Source of the DNA: Scyliorhinus canicula
Taxonomy: Eukaryota
Reading direction: 5' to 3'
Assembly (NCBI RefSeq): GCF_902713615.1
Contig: NW_024056027.1
Coordinates: forward strand, 62,001 to 126,000
Length of the DNA stretch: 64,000 nucleotides
Made by a program: the position numbers and the translations under genes. This document shows, piece after piece, positions 63,892-64,000 of the stretch. Position 1 is the stretch's first letter, and every line of letters starts with the position of its first letter. The notes under the pieces were generated by a model. The model made no database searches. It was not told the origin of the DNA and worked only from the letters and a program-made list of their open reading frames with translations.

Positions 63892-64000
63892 ATGATGTGG
63901 AGATGCCGGCGTTGGACTGGGGTGAGCACAGTAAGAAGTCTTACAACACCAGGTTAAAGTCCAACAGGTTTGTTTCAAACACGAGCTTTCGGAGCACGGC
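63892..64000. mobile_element. Penelope-like terminal repeat (runs off the window)
   Basis: Identical to 53410-53513 over ~100 bp. Confidence 0.8.

Overview
Eukaryotic, repeat-dense vertebrate DNA. The repeat set (HE1/V-SINE-like and Deu-domain SINEs, CR1, L2, Rex/Babar, RTE and Penelope-like elements) points to a shark (elasmobranch); this is inference from recalled consensus motifs. The window has three blocks. (1) ~1-52 kb is a cluster of effector-less tandem C2H2 zinc-finger genes. There are four open arrays (7021-7737 -, 21589-22287 +, 32080-33102 +, 42901-43854 -), one frameshifted pseudogene and several relics. The block is built by segmental duplication, including a ~25-kb inverted duplication (arms ~1.1-13.3 kb and ~16.0-25.5 kb) and a third direct copy at ~49-51.4 kb. 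It has four related CpG-rich promoter-like cassettes. (2) 52.7-55.4 kb is a tRNA cluster: three decayed tRNA-Val copies (a fourth lies at 27.5 kb), a damaged tRNA-Arg-ACG, and an otherwise perfect tRNA-Pro-TGG with an intron-like insertion in the anticodon loop. (3) 55.9-60.3 kb holds T-cell-receptor alpha/delta-type V segments: two intact with 23-bp RSS, one pseudogene, and one inverted relic. One intact V appears to have an intronless leader. No D, J or C segments were recognised. Repeat boundaries are read by eye and approximate; no alignments or database searches were run.
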